DNA of 63,985 nucleotides, counting the filler, from Stramenopiles sp. TOSAG23-2 (taxonomy: Eukaryota): the NCBI GenBank assembly GCA_900128395.1. It is 9 parts of 9 records of this genome, joined end to end, with 100 filler letters (N's around TTAATTAATTAA, not from the genome) between each part and the next. Parts side by side here need not be neighbours in the genome. Positions count along the whole stretch, not along the records: positions 28,874 to 35,970 come from LT650358.1; positions 36,071 to 43,162 come from LT650359.1; 7 more parts are not named here. One strand, written 5' to 3'. Positions 31,715 through 41,927 of the stretch are shown here, one piece after another. Below the pieces are notes generated by a model. That model worked only from the letters and a program-made list of their open reading frames with translations, had not been told where the DNA came from and made no database searches. The position numbers and the translations under genes were made by a program. The stretch's first letter is position 1, and every line of letters begins with the position of its first letter.

Positions 31715-33097
31715 ATGCCACATAAAATGAAATCTAAAGTGGTGAAAAAGAATAATAGTAATACCAATGTATCTTCAACAACAACTAAAACAACAACTAC
31801 AGGAACAGCAAAATCTTCCAAGACGCCAATCATAACAAATAATAATAATAATAACGCAAATAATAATAATAATGAGAATAATAGTAATACCAACGACTTT
31901 AACAACAATACCACTACCAACAAAAATTCTAACAACAGTGAAGACCATGTGATTGATTTATTTTATCAACATTTTGATGCTAATGGCAATGAACGGAATA
32001 CAATGGACACTTTGCCTGGTTATAAGTTTCCACTACCAAATAATGTTGAAGAAAAAGAACGCACATATTGTGAAATTGTATTACGAAGACGTTTTGAAGG
32101 TGATCCGGTTAATAAGAATACAGATGTATATTGGTATTTCTCATATGGTAACATTGTTTATAAATTTCGTTCACGTATTGAAATATTGAATCATTACAAA
32201 GAAAAAAAAATACCGTTGCCATTATGTATTGAACAAAAAAATAAATTGTTATTTAATAGTAAATATGTGTATAAATTGAAATGTTGTACTGTTGTTAATT
32301 CACTTGCCTCCTCGTCACCATCAATATCATTGAACGGGAACAGTAGTAGTAAGAAGAAGAGGAAGAAGCAGAAAGATGTGGATAATAATCAGAAAAAGAA
32401 GAGGAAGAAGAAAAGTACTAATGAAAAGAATGGAACAATTGTATCACCATCCAACAAACAAAGCAAGAAGATGAACAAGAAGAACAAAAGAAAAGTAATG
32501 AAACAAGATAGTGAAACACCAACAATGAAAAAGATTAAGAAATCATCTAGTAGTAGTGGTATTGATAATGGAAGAACAACTACAACATCGACAACGACGA
32601 CGACAACAACGACGACTAGTACACCAAATCGTAAAAAGAAAAAAGAACATGGACATAATGATGCAATTAGTAATAAAAAGACAAGTGTTGATAGTAATAA
32701 TATTAAAGAAAATACAGATAAAGTGATAGTATTGAATGAATTTGGTTCATTGGAAAAGAAAAAATTATCTGATTACCGTGTTAATAAAAAAGATCATCAG
32801 CAAGAGGAGGAAGCTAATAACAAAGCATCTGCATCACAAGTACAATATGAAATTGAAACCATTATGCGTAAACGGACAACACCTAAAGGTATTGTACAAT
32901 ATTATGTGAAATGGAAAGGATATAACCATCAAAACAATACATGGGAACCAGAACAACAGTTGGTAGAAGATGGTATACAAGACTTGATCGATGCATTTAA
33001 TATGACAGAAAGTAGGAAGATAGTTCATCATGCAGAACGGGAACAAGCATTTCAGAAATTGATTCAATCGGATGGTTCATTAGTTTGCATTGTATGA
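31715..33097 (+). CDS. Nuclear protein with an MBD-like domain and a C-terminal chromodomain
   Basis: EIVLRRRFEGD....TDVYWYFSYG..YKFRSRIEILNHY (~32070-32197, MBD-like); Lys-rich NLS region; YEIETIMRKR...QYYVKWKGY....NTWEPE..L (32846-~33000, chromo with aromatic cage). Confidence 0.82.
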   Translation: MPHKMKSKVVKKNNSNTNVSSTTTKTTTTGTAKSSKTPIITNNNNNNANNNNNENNSNTNDFNNNTTTNKNSNNSEDHVIDLFYQHFDANGNERNTMDTLPGYKFPLPNNVEEKERTYCEIVLRRRFEGDPVNKNTDVYWYFSYGNIVYKFRSRIEILNHYKEKKIPLPLCIEQKNKLLFNSKYVYKLKCCTVVNSLASSSPSISLNGNSSSKKKRKKQKDVDNNQKKKRKKKSTNEKNGTIVSPSNKQSKKMNKKNKRKVMKQDSETPTMKKIKKSSSSSGIDNGRTTTTSTTTTTTTTTSTPNRKKKKEHGHNDAISNKKTSVDSNNIKENTDKVIVLNEFGSLEKKKLSDYRVNKKDHQQEEEANNKASASQVQYEIETIMRKRTTPKGIVQYYVKWKGYNHQNNTWEPEQQLVEDGIQDLIDAFNMTESRKIVHHAEREQAFQKLIQSDGSLVCIV

Positions 33098-33638
33098 TAT
33101 GAGAAACCGGGGGGTGTGTGAATGATGGGGGGTGAATGGTGAAAAATGTGCGTGAGAGTGAGTTGTGTGAGGGATCTTTAAAACGTTGACACTATGTTTA
33201 TAATTGTTTTCATGCACAAACACACATTCTCTTTCTGCACGACCACTGCGACACTCTCCAGTCTCCGTCGTCCTCCATCACAGGTGATTTTCCCTTTGGC
33301 TTTCCTTTTGACTTTTAGTCTTTGTTGTTATAGTCCATGGACACGAAAGAAAATAGAAAAAAATACATTTCGAAAACAATACATATATAATATTAACGTT
33401 TAAGTTGAAAAAATATTGTCTATTAATTTCTATTATCATATTATCATCATCCTTTTGATATTTACCAATAGAACACATATATATATATATATACGAACTC
33501 GTATAAATATATTTCGAATATTTTTAAATTCAGATAGAACAAACGTGATTTATTCATTTTAATATATAAAAGATATAATAAATATCATCAATTGTAACAT
33601 TATAACAAATCGATCAAAGACAACGATTATTACGCAAT

Positions 33639-35276
33639 ATGGCATCATCTTCCTCCTCCTCCTCGTCGTCTAAAACAAAAACAAATTTAGCAACACAATT
33701 ATCTAGTATTGAATCGACGATTACATTGGAAAATATTACAACAGATCCATTATATAAAGAAGGAATGTCGATGTATGAAAAATTACGAATTATCAATATT
33801 CGTCGTAATGAAGCTGCATTAAAAGCAATTGGTTTAGATACAAATGAATTAACGACTATTGCACGTGGGGATAAAGCACCATTGAATGCAAATAAATCAT
33901 CGAATGGTAATAAGACAAAGAAAAAACGTAGAATACCAAAAGTCCCAACACGTTTTTCAACACGATTACGAAATATCCCAGCTGTGAATTACAAAGAACT
34001 AGATGATTTTGATAATAATAATACTACAAATTCATCAACAAATTATTATAAAAACAATAATAATAAAAGACAAAAACAATCAAACAATACTACCACAAAT
34101 CAAACGGAGGAACAAGATGATGACGATGAACCGATATATGTTCCATCTGAATTACCAGGTAAACGTCGACGTAAAGCAACTAAACATTTCAATCCAAATG
34201 ACAATGGATCATCTTCTTCATGTTCCTCCATCACCATGACTAAATCAATTGGACGACAATCAATTAAAGAATTGAATGTGAATTTAAAATATTTAGATAT
34301 GAATTATTTAGGAAAGATCATACCGCCAATGGGTGGGCAAGTGAAACGTGCGGTGATGGAAACGAGTTGTACAAGTGGTACACCAAAGTTCAGTCGTATG
34401 AGTGGTATACAAAAATGGAAGAATTGCATTCAATTATTTGTAAATGTATATGGAAATGGGTATAAAAATGTTTTTTTAAATGGTGGAAAGCAAATTACAG
34501 TAAGTTTGATTTGGAGTGACTTGGACTGGATGTGACTGAGTATGACTTGTTATCTACAACAATTGTTTCAATGTTGGAACAGTCCTTTCATAAATGTTTG
34601 GCAATAGTTTCCTTTTATACTAGATTCATAAATATATATGACTAACAATTGATTTTATTATTTACACACCAATACATTTATGGGCAATGGTACACATTCC
34701 GATACACCATTCTACGTATTGCATGCGACTGGAATTCAATTGGTCGATATATCAATTCAATCGTTCGATGGTACATTCGTAAACTGATGTAATGCATTCT
34801 CTTATATGACGTACATCTAAATTTATACATTCTTGACATATATTACTAAATTTATATGAATGTACTGGTTTATATTATGATTATATACGACCACCAACGA
34901 CAACAGTGGTTTGCACAATCAAGGCAATGGGAAGGTACCGATGTGATACAAGAAATGATACATAGTGCAGGTTCAATCATTGAAAATGAAGATGGTACCA
35001 TCTCCGATGAGATCGATGAGGGTACACCAATATTATTGTTTTGTAGAAACTTAGGTGTGGTAAGTTTATTTGATCTGATCTATTTTTATATTGACAACTC
35101 ACTAACATATTGTTCTACAGGGATATGTTTATTGTGGACGTTTATCATATATGGCACATGCACCGGAACGTATACCAATACGTTTTGTATGGCAATTGGA
35201 TGATTCAGAGACATTGATTAAACATTCAAAACCATTTCAAGATTTAGTCAGTGCATGTAATGAAATGATCATGTAA
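33639..35276 (+). CDS. Nuclear protein with an N-terminal YE..R..NI.RN...L..IGL helix and a C-terminal DUF3427/SRA-like (PUA-fold) domain; 3 exons (33639-34499, 34907-35059, 35121-35276)
   Basis: Two phase-0 GTAAGT...CAG introns (34500-34906; 35060-35120, with ACTAAC branch point) give LFVNV...YKNVF..GGKQIT|WFAQSRQ...PILLFCRNLGV|GYVYCGRLSY..H....PIRFVWQL. Confidence 0.75.
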
Positions 35277-35970
35277 AGAGTTACAAAAATACAGAATACT
35301 AGGATGGTTGATCTTGTTGGTATTTAGTTGTGCGGGTAAAACCGTGTGTGAAACAATGTATTAAACAGAGGAGAGAGACCTGAGGGGTTGCGTGTGCGTG
35401 TGTTTTATTAAAACAGAATTTATAAAAATGTTAAAAAATATATTTTTGATTATGTGATTTACATCATTTATTTTAAAAGAGATCTGTTTTAATTTTAAAA
35501 AAACTTTGTCAATTTTTCTCATTTCACCATATTCTCACCATCGACAAGCGTAAAAGATCTCATTATATACGAGTATAATTTGGTAATTCAATTGCATTAT
35601 GACAATGTATACAATTTATTCAAAATAACGACATTTACTTTAAACGAAGAGAAAAAAACACGTGATTTTAACGTTTGAATTCAATAATTTAAACGATAAA
35701 ATAAAATTGTATCACAACCTGGTAGCCATCATTATTTACAATACGTCAATAGATAATACAACGCGATATACTTGTTTTAAATGGTTGGTATGAAAAATAA
35801 TAGATACAATCAGCTTTATATCGCATTGTTGTTTTTTGTTTAACAACATGTTCAAAATATTATATTAAAATCTTGTAATATGAAATAAATAATTAAATCA
35901 ATATTCAATATGTACATATATGAAAGTAAAAACAAAAAAGAAAGGAGATATATCAAGATTTGAGGAGTCC

Positions 35971-36070
35971 NNNNNNNNNNNNNNNNNNNNNNNNNNNNNN
36001 NNNNNNNNNNNNNNTTAATTAATTAANNNNNNNNNNNNNNNNNNNNNNNNNNNNNNNNNNNNNNNNNNNN
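35971..36070. other. Artificial contig spacer
   Basis: N44-TTAATTAATTAA-N44. Confidence 0.98.
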
Positions 36071-36463
36071 CACACTAGTGTGTTGATATTCTCATAATCG
36101 AGAATACCAATGAAGGTAAATTGATAGTATCAACTACTCATAATAGCTGATGGAAAACGTACATCATATTATATATATTTTAAATGAGTATGATAAGAGA
36201 AATATCATACAAACATATATTTATGAGTAAATAAAATCTTGTTTTAAATTATAAATTAAGAGAATTTTTTATATTTTTTATTTAATAATAATAAAATTTA
36301 TTTTTATATTTTATATAAAATATAATATTATACATATCATATAATAGTGTTCGTAACATTTTTACGACTCGTATATATATAATTATCTCGCCGCAAATAT
36401 ACCCTGCGTTTGGGCCTGGCTTTTTATACGCGCGCATTTCTTACCACCACACACCCCAACACT

Positions 36464-38923
36464 TCAAATGCGCTGATTCTGAACAATCTGCCGCATTCGA
36501 TTTACATTGTTTTGAATAGTTTGGTGTGTTGGCATCAACTCATATGCTATTTCAAAGTGTTTTAAACTGTCTTCATATAATCCTAACTTTTCTTCGATAC
36601 TAGCCATGTTGTTCCATAAAATTGGATGATCCGCTTTTTGTTGTACGATTGATTTTAATTTTTCCAATGCTTCTTTATGCCTATCTACTTCCGATAATAG
36701 AACCGCAGCATTGATATCACATTCTAACATATCAGGATTCACTAATTTTGCTTTATCCCATTGTTCCAAGGCACGATCAACATATTTTAATTTACCCAAA
36801 GCAAGCGCATATTGATTTCTCACATCGGATTCCCTTAATTGTGTACCTGGTTCAATATATTTAGCATTATTGGCCTGCAAAGCATCTTCATAAAATTTCA
36901 ACGAATTTTCATGTTGACCAACTTCTGCAAAGAGATTTGCAGCAGTGAAATGTACTAATGGTATTTTGCATTGTCGATCAATTGCTTCATTCACGGCTTC
37001 TTGGACTTTAAACAATAACGATTCATCTCCTGGCATACCATGTTCTTTTTTCCTGTAGTAAAGATGCATATATTCTTGTGCCATATATGCATAGCAGTTT
37101 GCATCAGCATCTAAACCTAAAGATATTGCTTTTTTAAACAGTTCAATCGCTTTCTCATGCTCTTTCAACGTCGAAAATGCTAATCCTCTATTATACCATC
37201 CACTTGGATAATTTGGATCTAGTTCCAAGGACCTTTCCAATAATTGTTGTGCTCTTCTAGCGTTTGTTACATTTCCATCACGTAATAAAACTTGAGCTAA
37301 ATTGTTTAAAACTTTAACACTATCAGGTTCTTCACGATATCCAGCTTCGTATATAGATGCTTCATCTTTCCAATCAAAATTACGTATGTACGTATGATAA
37401 GACATAGACGTATATCCAAGAATTAAAAGTGCCATGTAGCCATATTTAAAAAGATTCCTCCTTTTGTTATTATTGTTATTGTTACCATTACTTTTTGAAA
37501 TTTGCACAAAGAAACGAGTTAAACAATTTTTTTCTGAAGTTTTTCCTTCATTTACAATATTTTCACATGTTTGATCACCGTTAGACATTAATGGAAGATA
37601 CAATACGTATCCAGCATAAATGCAATAACCCATACTTGGAATATATAGCAATCGTTCCGCTAAAACGGTACCAACGTAAAAAAAGACATTCGCAGCTGGT
37701 AAAAATGGTACAATAAGCATAGCAATTGAAAATTGCAAAATCCTATTTTCAGAATATAACGAATACATACCACAGATAATGACTAAAGTATAAGCGAATA
37801 TACCTTCTACCCATGCAGGATTGGATATACTTTCTACCCATGGCGTTGCACTAAATCCATGATCGTAACATAAATTTGATGGCCAAATAAGTAATCGCAT
37901 ATATCGACCATGACTTTTTATTGTAGTCAATGTCCGCGTTAAGCTAGAATTTGACAATGGTATATGATTTTCCATTATACCCCAAGGTCTTAACTCGTGA
38001 TTTTCATGTAATGATAATCTTGCTTTTAAAAACAAGAACGTAGCCATACATACTGCAATTATTCGTATGATACTATTTTTACTTGGAAGTGAAAAAGTTG
38101 GATAAGGGCGTATGATGAAAAAAACTTCATATGCTACCATTAAGCAAAATGATGTTGCACCGATTTCTTTGAATAAAGCAGCTACAATGGTAGATATTAT
38201 GGCAAGAATAAGATAAAATACGGATTCACTTGTAATATTTTCACTATCAGCAGCAGCAGCAGCATCGTCTTTTTTCCTATTTATTACTGGTGCAGCTTTG
38301 GCATAAAGCAAGATGCTAATGATCATAAAAAAACATGCGACAATATCAGCACGCCCAACAATTCCAGCAACAGCTTCTGTATGTACTGGATGCACGGCAA
38401 ATAATAACGCAGATAGGATAGCAGGAACTTGCTTATAAAAAGTACGCGTAAACACGTAAAACATTACACAAGTATAACTATGTAAAACTGCATTCCAAAG
38501 ATGATAACCACCCGGTTCTAAATTATACCATAGATAATTTAGTCGAAATGTCAATACGCAAAATGGCCGATAACTTTTATGACTCATCTTCGATGCAATG
38601 TTACCACCCCAAAAATCATGCTTAAATAAATCTTCTACAGGAGTATTGCCAACTACATCCTGATTTCCTAATATTGCGGCGCGGTCATCCCAAACAAATT
38701 CTGCATCAAATGTCGGTATATAAGTAATCAAAGCTAAGAGGAATATAAAAATTCTGATATAAAGATCATTATAATATATAGCATTGTTTTTTCCAGTTAT
38801 TTTCATTTTTTGTGTTTCATCATCATCTTCTTGATTTTTTGTTGTTGTTTTTTCATTTTTTTTTTCATATTCATCATCATATTCCTCTTCAGAGTCTGGA
38901 ACAATATTAACACGTTTACGCAT
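36464..38923 (-). CDS. TMTC-family protein O-mannosyltransferase (GT-C membrane domain + TPR repeats)
   Basis: FVWDDRAAILGN, DFWG....SHKSYRP..VLTFRLN, LLFAVHPVHTEAVAGIVGRAD, KE.G, PFLPAAN.FF.VG.VLAERLLYIPSMG; C-terminal TPRs. Confidence 0.95.
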   Translation of the reverse strand: MRKRVNIVPDSEEEYDDEYEKKNEKTTTKNQEDDDETQKMKITGKNNAIYYNDLYIRIFIFLLALITYIPTFDAEFVWDDRAAILGNQDVVGNTPVEDLFKHDFWGGNIASKMSHKSYRPFCVLTFRLNYLWYNLEPGGYHLWNAVLHSYTCVMFYVFTRTFYKQVPAILSALLFAVHPVHTEAVAGIVGRADIVACFFMIISILLYAKAAPVINRKKDDAAAAADSENITSESVFYLILAIISTIVAALFKEIGATSFCLMVAYEVFFIIRPYPTFSLPSKNSIIRIIAVCMATFLFLKARLSLHENHELRPWGIMENHIPLSNSSLTRTLTTIKSHGRYMRLLIWPSNLCYDHGFSATPWVESISNPAWVEGIFAYTLVIICGMYSLYSENRILQFSIAMLIVPFLPAANVFFYVGTVLAERLLYIPSMGYCIYAGYVLYLPLMSNGDQTCENIVNEGKTSEKNCLTRFFVQISKSNGNNNNNNKRRNLFKYGYMALLILGYTSMSYHTYIRNFDWKDEASIYEAGYREEPDSVKVLNNLAQVLLRDGNVTNARRAQQLLERSLELDPNYPSGWYNRGLAFSTLKEHEKAIELFKKAISLGLDADANCYAYMAQEYMHLYYRKKEHGMPGDESLLFKVQEAVNEAIDRQCKIPLVHFTAANLFAEVGQHENSLKFYEDALQANNAKYIEPGTQLRESDVRNQYALALGKLKYVDRALEQWDKAKLVNPDMLECDINAAVLLSEVDRHKEALEKLKSIVQQKADHPILWNNMASIEEKLGLYEDSLKHFEIAYELMPTHQTIQNNVNRMRQIVQNQRI

Positions 38924-38926
38924 GGC

Positions 38927-39325
38927 TTAGTCTTCTTCTTCTTCCAATTGGCGTTTAACCTCTTTAATAATTTTAAATTTTTCCTCCTCAGGTAGAGCTT
39001 CAAATGCAGCAATTTTTTCTTTCAGGCGCTGTTGAACTTGAATTTCGATATCTTTTTCAAACTTTATTTCTTCGTCTTGACTTTCTCGTATAGACAATCC
39101 AATAAAATATGTAAATGGGACTGAACCAAACGCTATTAACCAAGCAGCTCGTTTTATTTTGCTTTTCCCAGGACTCGTTCCTTTTGATGAAGAAAATTGT
39201 CTTAATGGAGGAGTTTGAATGCGATTGTTCAATAGTTTCAATCCCGCAGTATTCGTATAAGATTGTTTCAAAAAAGATATTTGTTTTTGCCTCAATAATA
39301 TATTTTTTGTCAATGTTAAATACAT
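38927..39325 (-). CDS. Small putative mitochondrial single-pass membrane protein
   Basis: Basic, acid-free N-terminus ending LRQFSS (presequence-like), one hydrophobic segment, acidic coiled-coil tail. Confidence 0.65.
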   Translation of the reverse strand: MYLTLTKNILLRQKQISFLKQSYTNTAGLKLLNNRIQTPPLRQFSSSKGTSPGKSKIKRAAWLIAFGSVPFTYFIGLSIRESQDEEIKFEKDIEIQVQQRLKEKIAAFEALPEEEKFKIIKEVKRQLEEEED

Positions 39326-40020
39326 ACCCTAATTAACTGGTATATATAATTATAATAATGTATACCTATATAAATGTTTTTTTATCAATAGTTTATGACA
39401 CACTATTATTAATCAAAATATAAAAAGTTTTAATTTTTCTTATATATATAATATTATGCTGATTAGATTAATTTAGATAATAAATGGTAATGCTTTATAC
39501 CTTTTGTCAAAAGATGTGGTTTGTCTTCGATGCAAATGTATATATATAGAGTAAAAAATTGATGGACGACATGATGTGTTGCATGTTGCATGTTCGTGTT
39601 ACGTGTGGTGTGGTGATGAACAACTTTCAGTACAAATAATAAAACGGCACACTATGGGGAAATAATTATTGATAGGGATAAATTTCGTATTTTATATTTT
39701 TTAATAGTACTTTTAGGTACAAAACAAAACAGACTTTTCTATAATAATACAGACTATAGCTTACCAGGTATATCAGTTAATTAATTAAAACAATAATAAC
39801 ATACCTGTACTTGTTACTTTTAATATTTATTAATACTTTACATAAAGAAGTAAGTTTAAACAAGGTCAATGTATAACCGGATATATAGACATACTACATA
39901 GTATTATTGTATGAACCAATACATTTCGACTGTATATCTACCTTGTAAGATTTTTTTTACCAATTTTTATCATATGCATTAAATCGTAGATAATACACAT
40001 AGATATTATTTTTAAAAAAA

Positions 40021-41751
40021 ATGCCATTTAATTTAAACGCTTGGAAACGTGTTCAAGGGTTAGGCGATGTACAGACAGGTATCCATGCTGCATGTCAAAA
40101 TAAAAATTGGCAGAAAGTTATCAAATTGTTAAAAGAAAATCCAGAACGAGCGAAACAGAAGGCACCAGGTGCAGTTCTACCATTGCATCTTGCATTGGAA
40201 CAGTGTGCTCCTCTTGTAGTTATAGAAGCATTGTTAGCGATATATCCTAAAGGTATAAAGAAGAAAACAGAAAGAAAAGCTGGTGGATTTTTACCTTTAC
40301 ATTATGTTATGGAAAATATTAGAAACGTAGAATATGATTATTTTGAATATATTCTTTCATTACACCCTAAAGCATCAAAAGTATTAAATGCAATAGGGTT
40401 ACTACCACTTCACATGGCAGCTATCAAAGGTGCGAAATTACCTGTATTTAAAATCTTAATTAAAAAAAATGACTATGCGTGCGATTTAAAAACAAAAGGA
40501 AAAAATAAAAAATTTGCTTTGCGTATATGTGCAGAAAATAATGCGGCGTTAAAAGTTCGTAAATTAATTTATGATAATATGGATTCAGAAAGTGTCATAA
40601 CAATTCTGGAAGGGCATTTATGGGGGGAAGCGTTGAAATTATTGAAACAGTCACCATCAAGGGCGCGTGTTAGAAGACCAAAAGATGGTAAAAATGTCCT
40701 TCAAGTAGCATTATTAAATAATGCACCAGAAAATGTATGTTTAAAAATATTAGAAGTTTATCCAGAAGGAGCAAAGCATCAATGTAAAATTAGTAAATCA
40801 TTGCCAATTCATGATTTATGTACACAAAGAACAAGTTCCATACAAGTGGTAGAGGCATTAATTAAAATATTTCCATCCGCTCTATCACATGTAAATAAAA
40901 ATGACGAGATACCACTTCATACTGGTATAAAAAATAATTTACCAGTTGAAATGATTAAAGTATTAGTCCAACATGATATGAAAAGTTTAAGACATGTCAA
41001 TTCAAAACAAAATAATAGTATTCATATAGCAGTAAGCCATGCCGTCAGTTTCGCTACCATACAATTTTTAATCGAAGCAGATCCCGCAAATGATCATAAA
41101 ATAAATGATTTGAAACAAATATTTTTCCCAAGATGGAATAAAAATGTTCAAAGGACAAAAATGGATAAGATCGTATTACGAGGTGTAACACCTGGTGGTA
41201 TTTTTGATACAGAAGTAAAGTTCAAATGGGCAGAATTTTATAAACGTCAAGATGATGATCGAAGAAAAATGAGAGCAGAAGATATCAATGGTTGGTATCC
41301 AGATTTAAAGAAGGGTTCTAAATATGCTGTAGTAGAGAAAAAGGATGAGGAAGAAAATGAAAAAGAAGATGGGGTGGAGGGGAAAAAAGAAGAGAAGAAA
41401 AATGAGAATGAAAAGAAAAATGAAAATGAAGTCATAGCCTTAAAAGAATCACCAATTCATTCATCGTCTCGACATGGTCATATCGGAATTGTTAAATTAT
41501 TACTTGCAGCTGATGAAGAACATGAATTTAAAAGCGTATTGGTAACAAATGATAATAATGATACCCCATTGCATTTGGCATCGATGTATGGGCATCCAGA
41601 TTGTGTAAAGGAACTATTGAATACACGAGTATGTGATTTAAATGGACAAAATAAACAAGAAGAAACACCAGAAAGTTTAGCGGAATTAAATGAATGGCGT
41701 GAAATTATAGCTTTATTTACAAGATATAAACAAGTTGGTTGGCTTGCATGA
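40021..41751 (+). CDS. Ankyrin-repeat protein (LPLH-type repeats)
   Basis: Repeated LPLH.A/LPIH motifs; C-terminal SPIHSSSRHGH..IVKLLL and TPLHLASMYGH..CVKELL. Confidence 0.88.
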   Translation: MPFNLNAWKRVQGLGDVQTGIHAACQNKNWQKVIKLLKENPERAKQKAPGAVLPLHLALEQCAPLVVIEALLAIYPKGIKKKTERKAGGFLPLHYVMENIRNVEYDYFEYILSLHPKASKVLNAIGLLPLHMAAIKGAKLPVFKILIKKNDYACDLKTKGKNKKFALRICAENNAALKVRKLIYDNMDSESVITILEGHLWGEALKLLKQSPSRARVRRPKDGKNVLQVALLNNAPENVCLKILEVYPEGAKHQCKISKSLPIHDLCTQRTSSIQVVEALIKIFPSALSHVNKNDEIPLHTGIKNNLPVEMIKVLVQHDMKSLRHVNSKQNNSIHIAVSHAVSFATIQFLIEADPANDHKINDLKQIFFPRWNKNVQRTKMDKIVLRGVTPGGIFDTEVKFKWAEFYKRQDDDRRKMRAEDINGWYPDLKKGSKYAVVEKKDEEENEKEDGVEGKKEEKKNENEKKNENEVIALKESPIHSSSRHGHIGIVKLLLAADEEHEFKSVLVTNDNNDTPLHLASMYGHPDCVKELLNTRVCDLNGQNKQEETPESLAELNEWREIIALFTRYKQVGWLA

Positions 41752-41927
41752 GGAGTATAGAGGGTGGGATATATTATATAATATTATATTATATATAAAA
41801 CATGATGATGTATTTTATATGCATTTATGACACACTCCTCCTGTATGAAAATTAATATCCTCAATTATTAATTTTCAAAAACCTGCCTCTAATGCTATTC
41901 GTATTACCTGGTATTATTCAAATTCAA

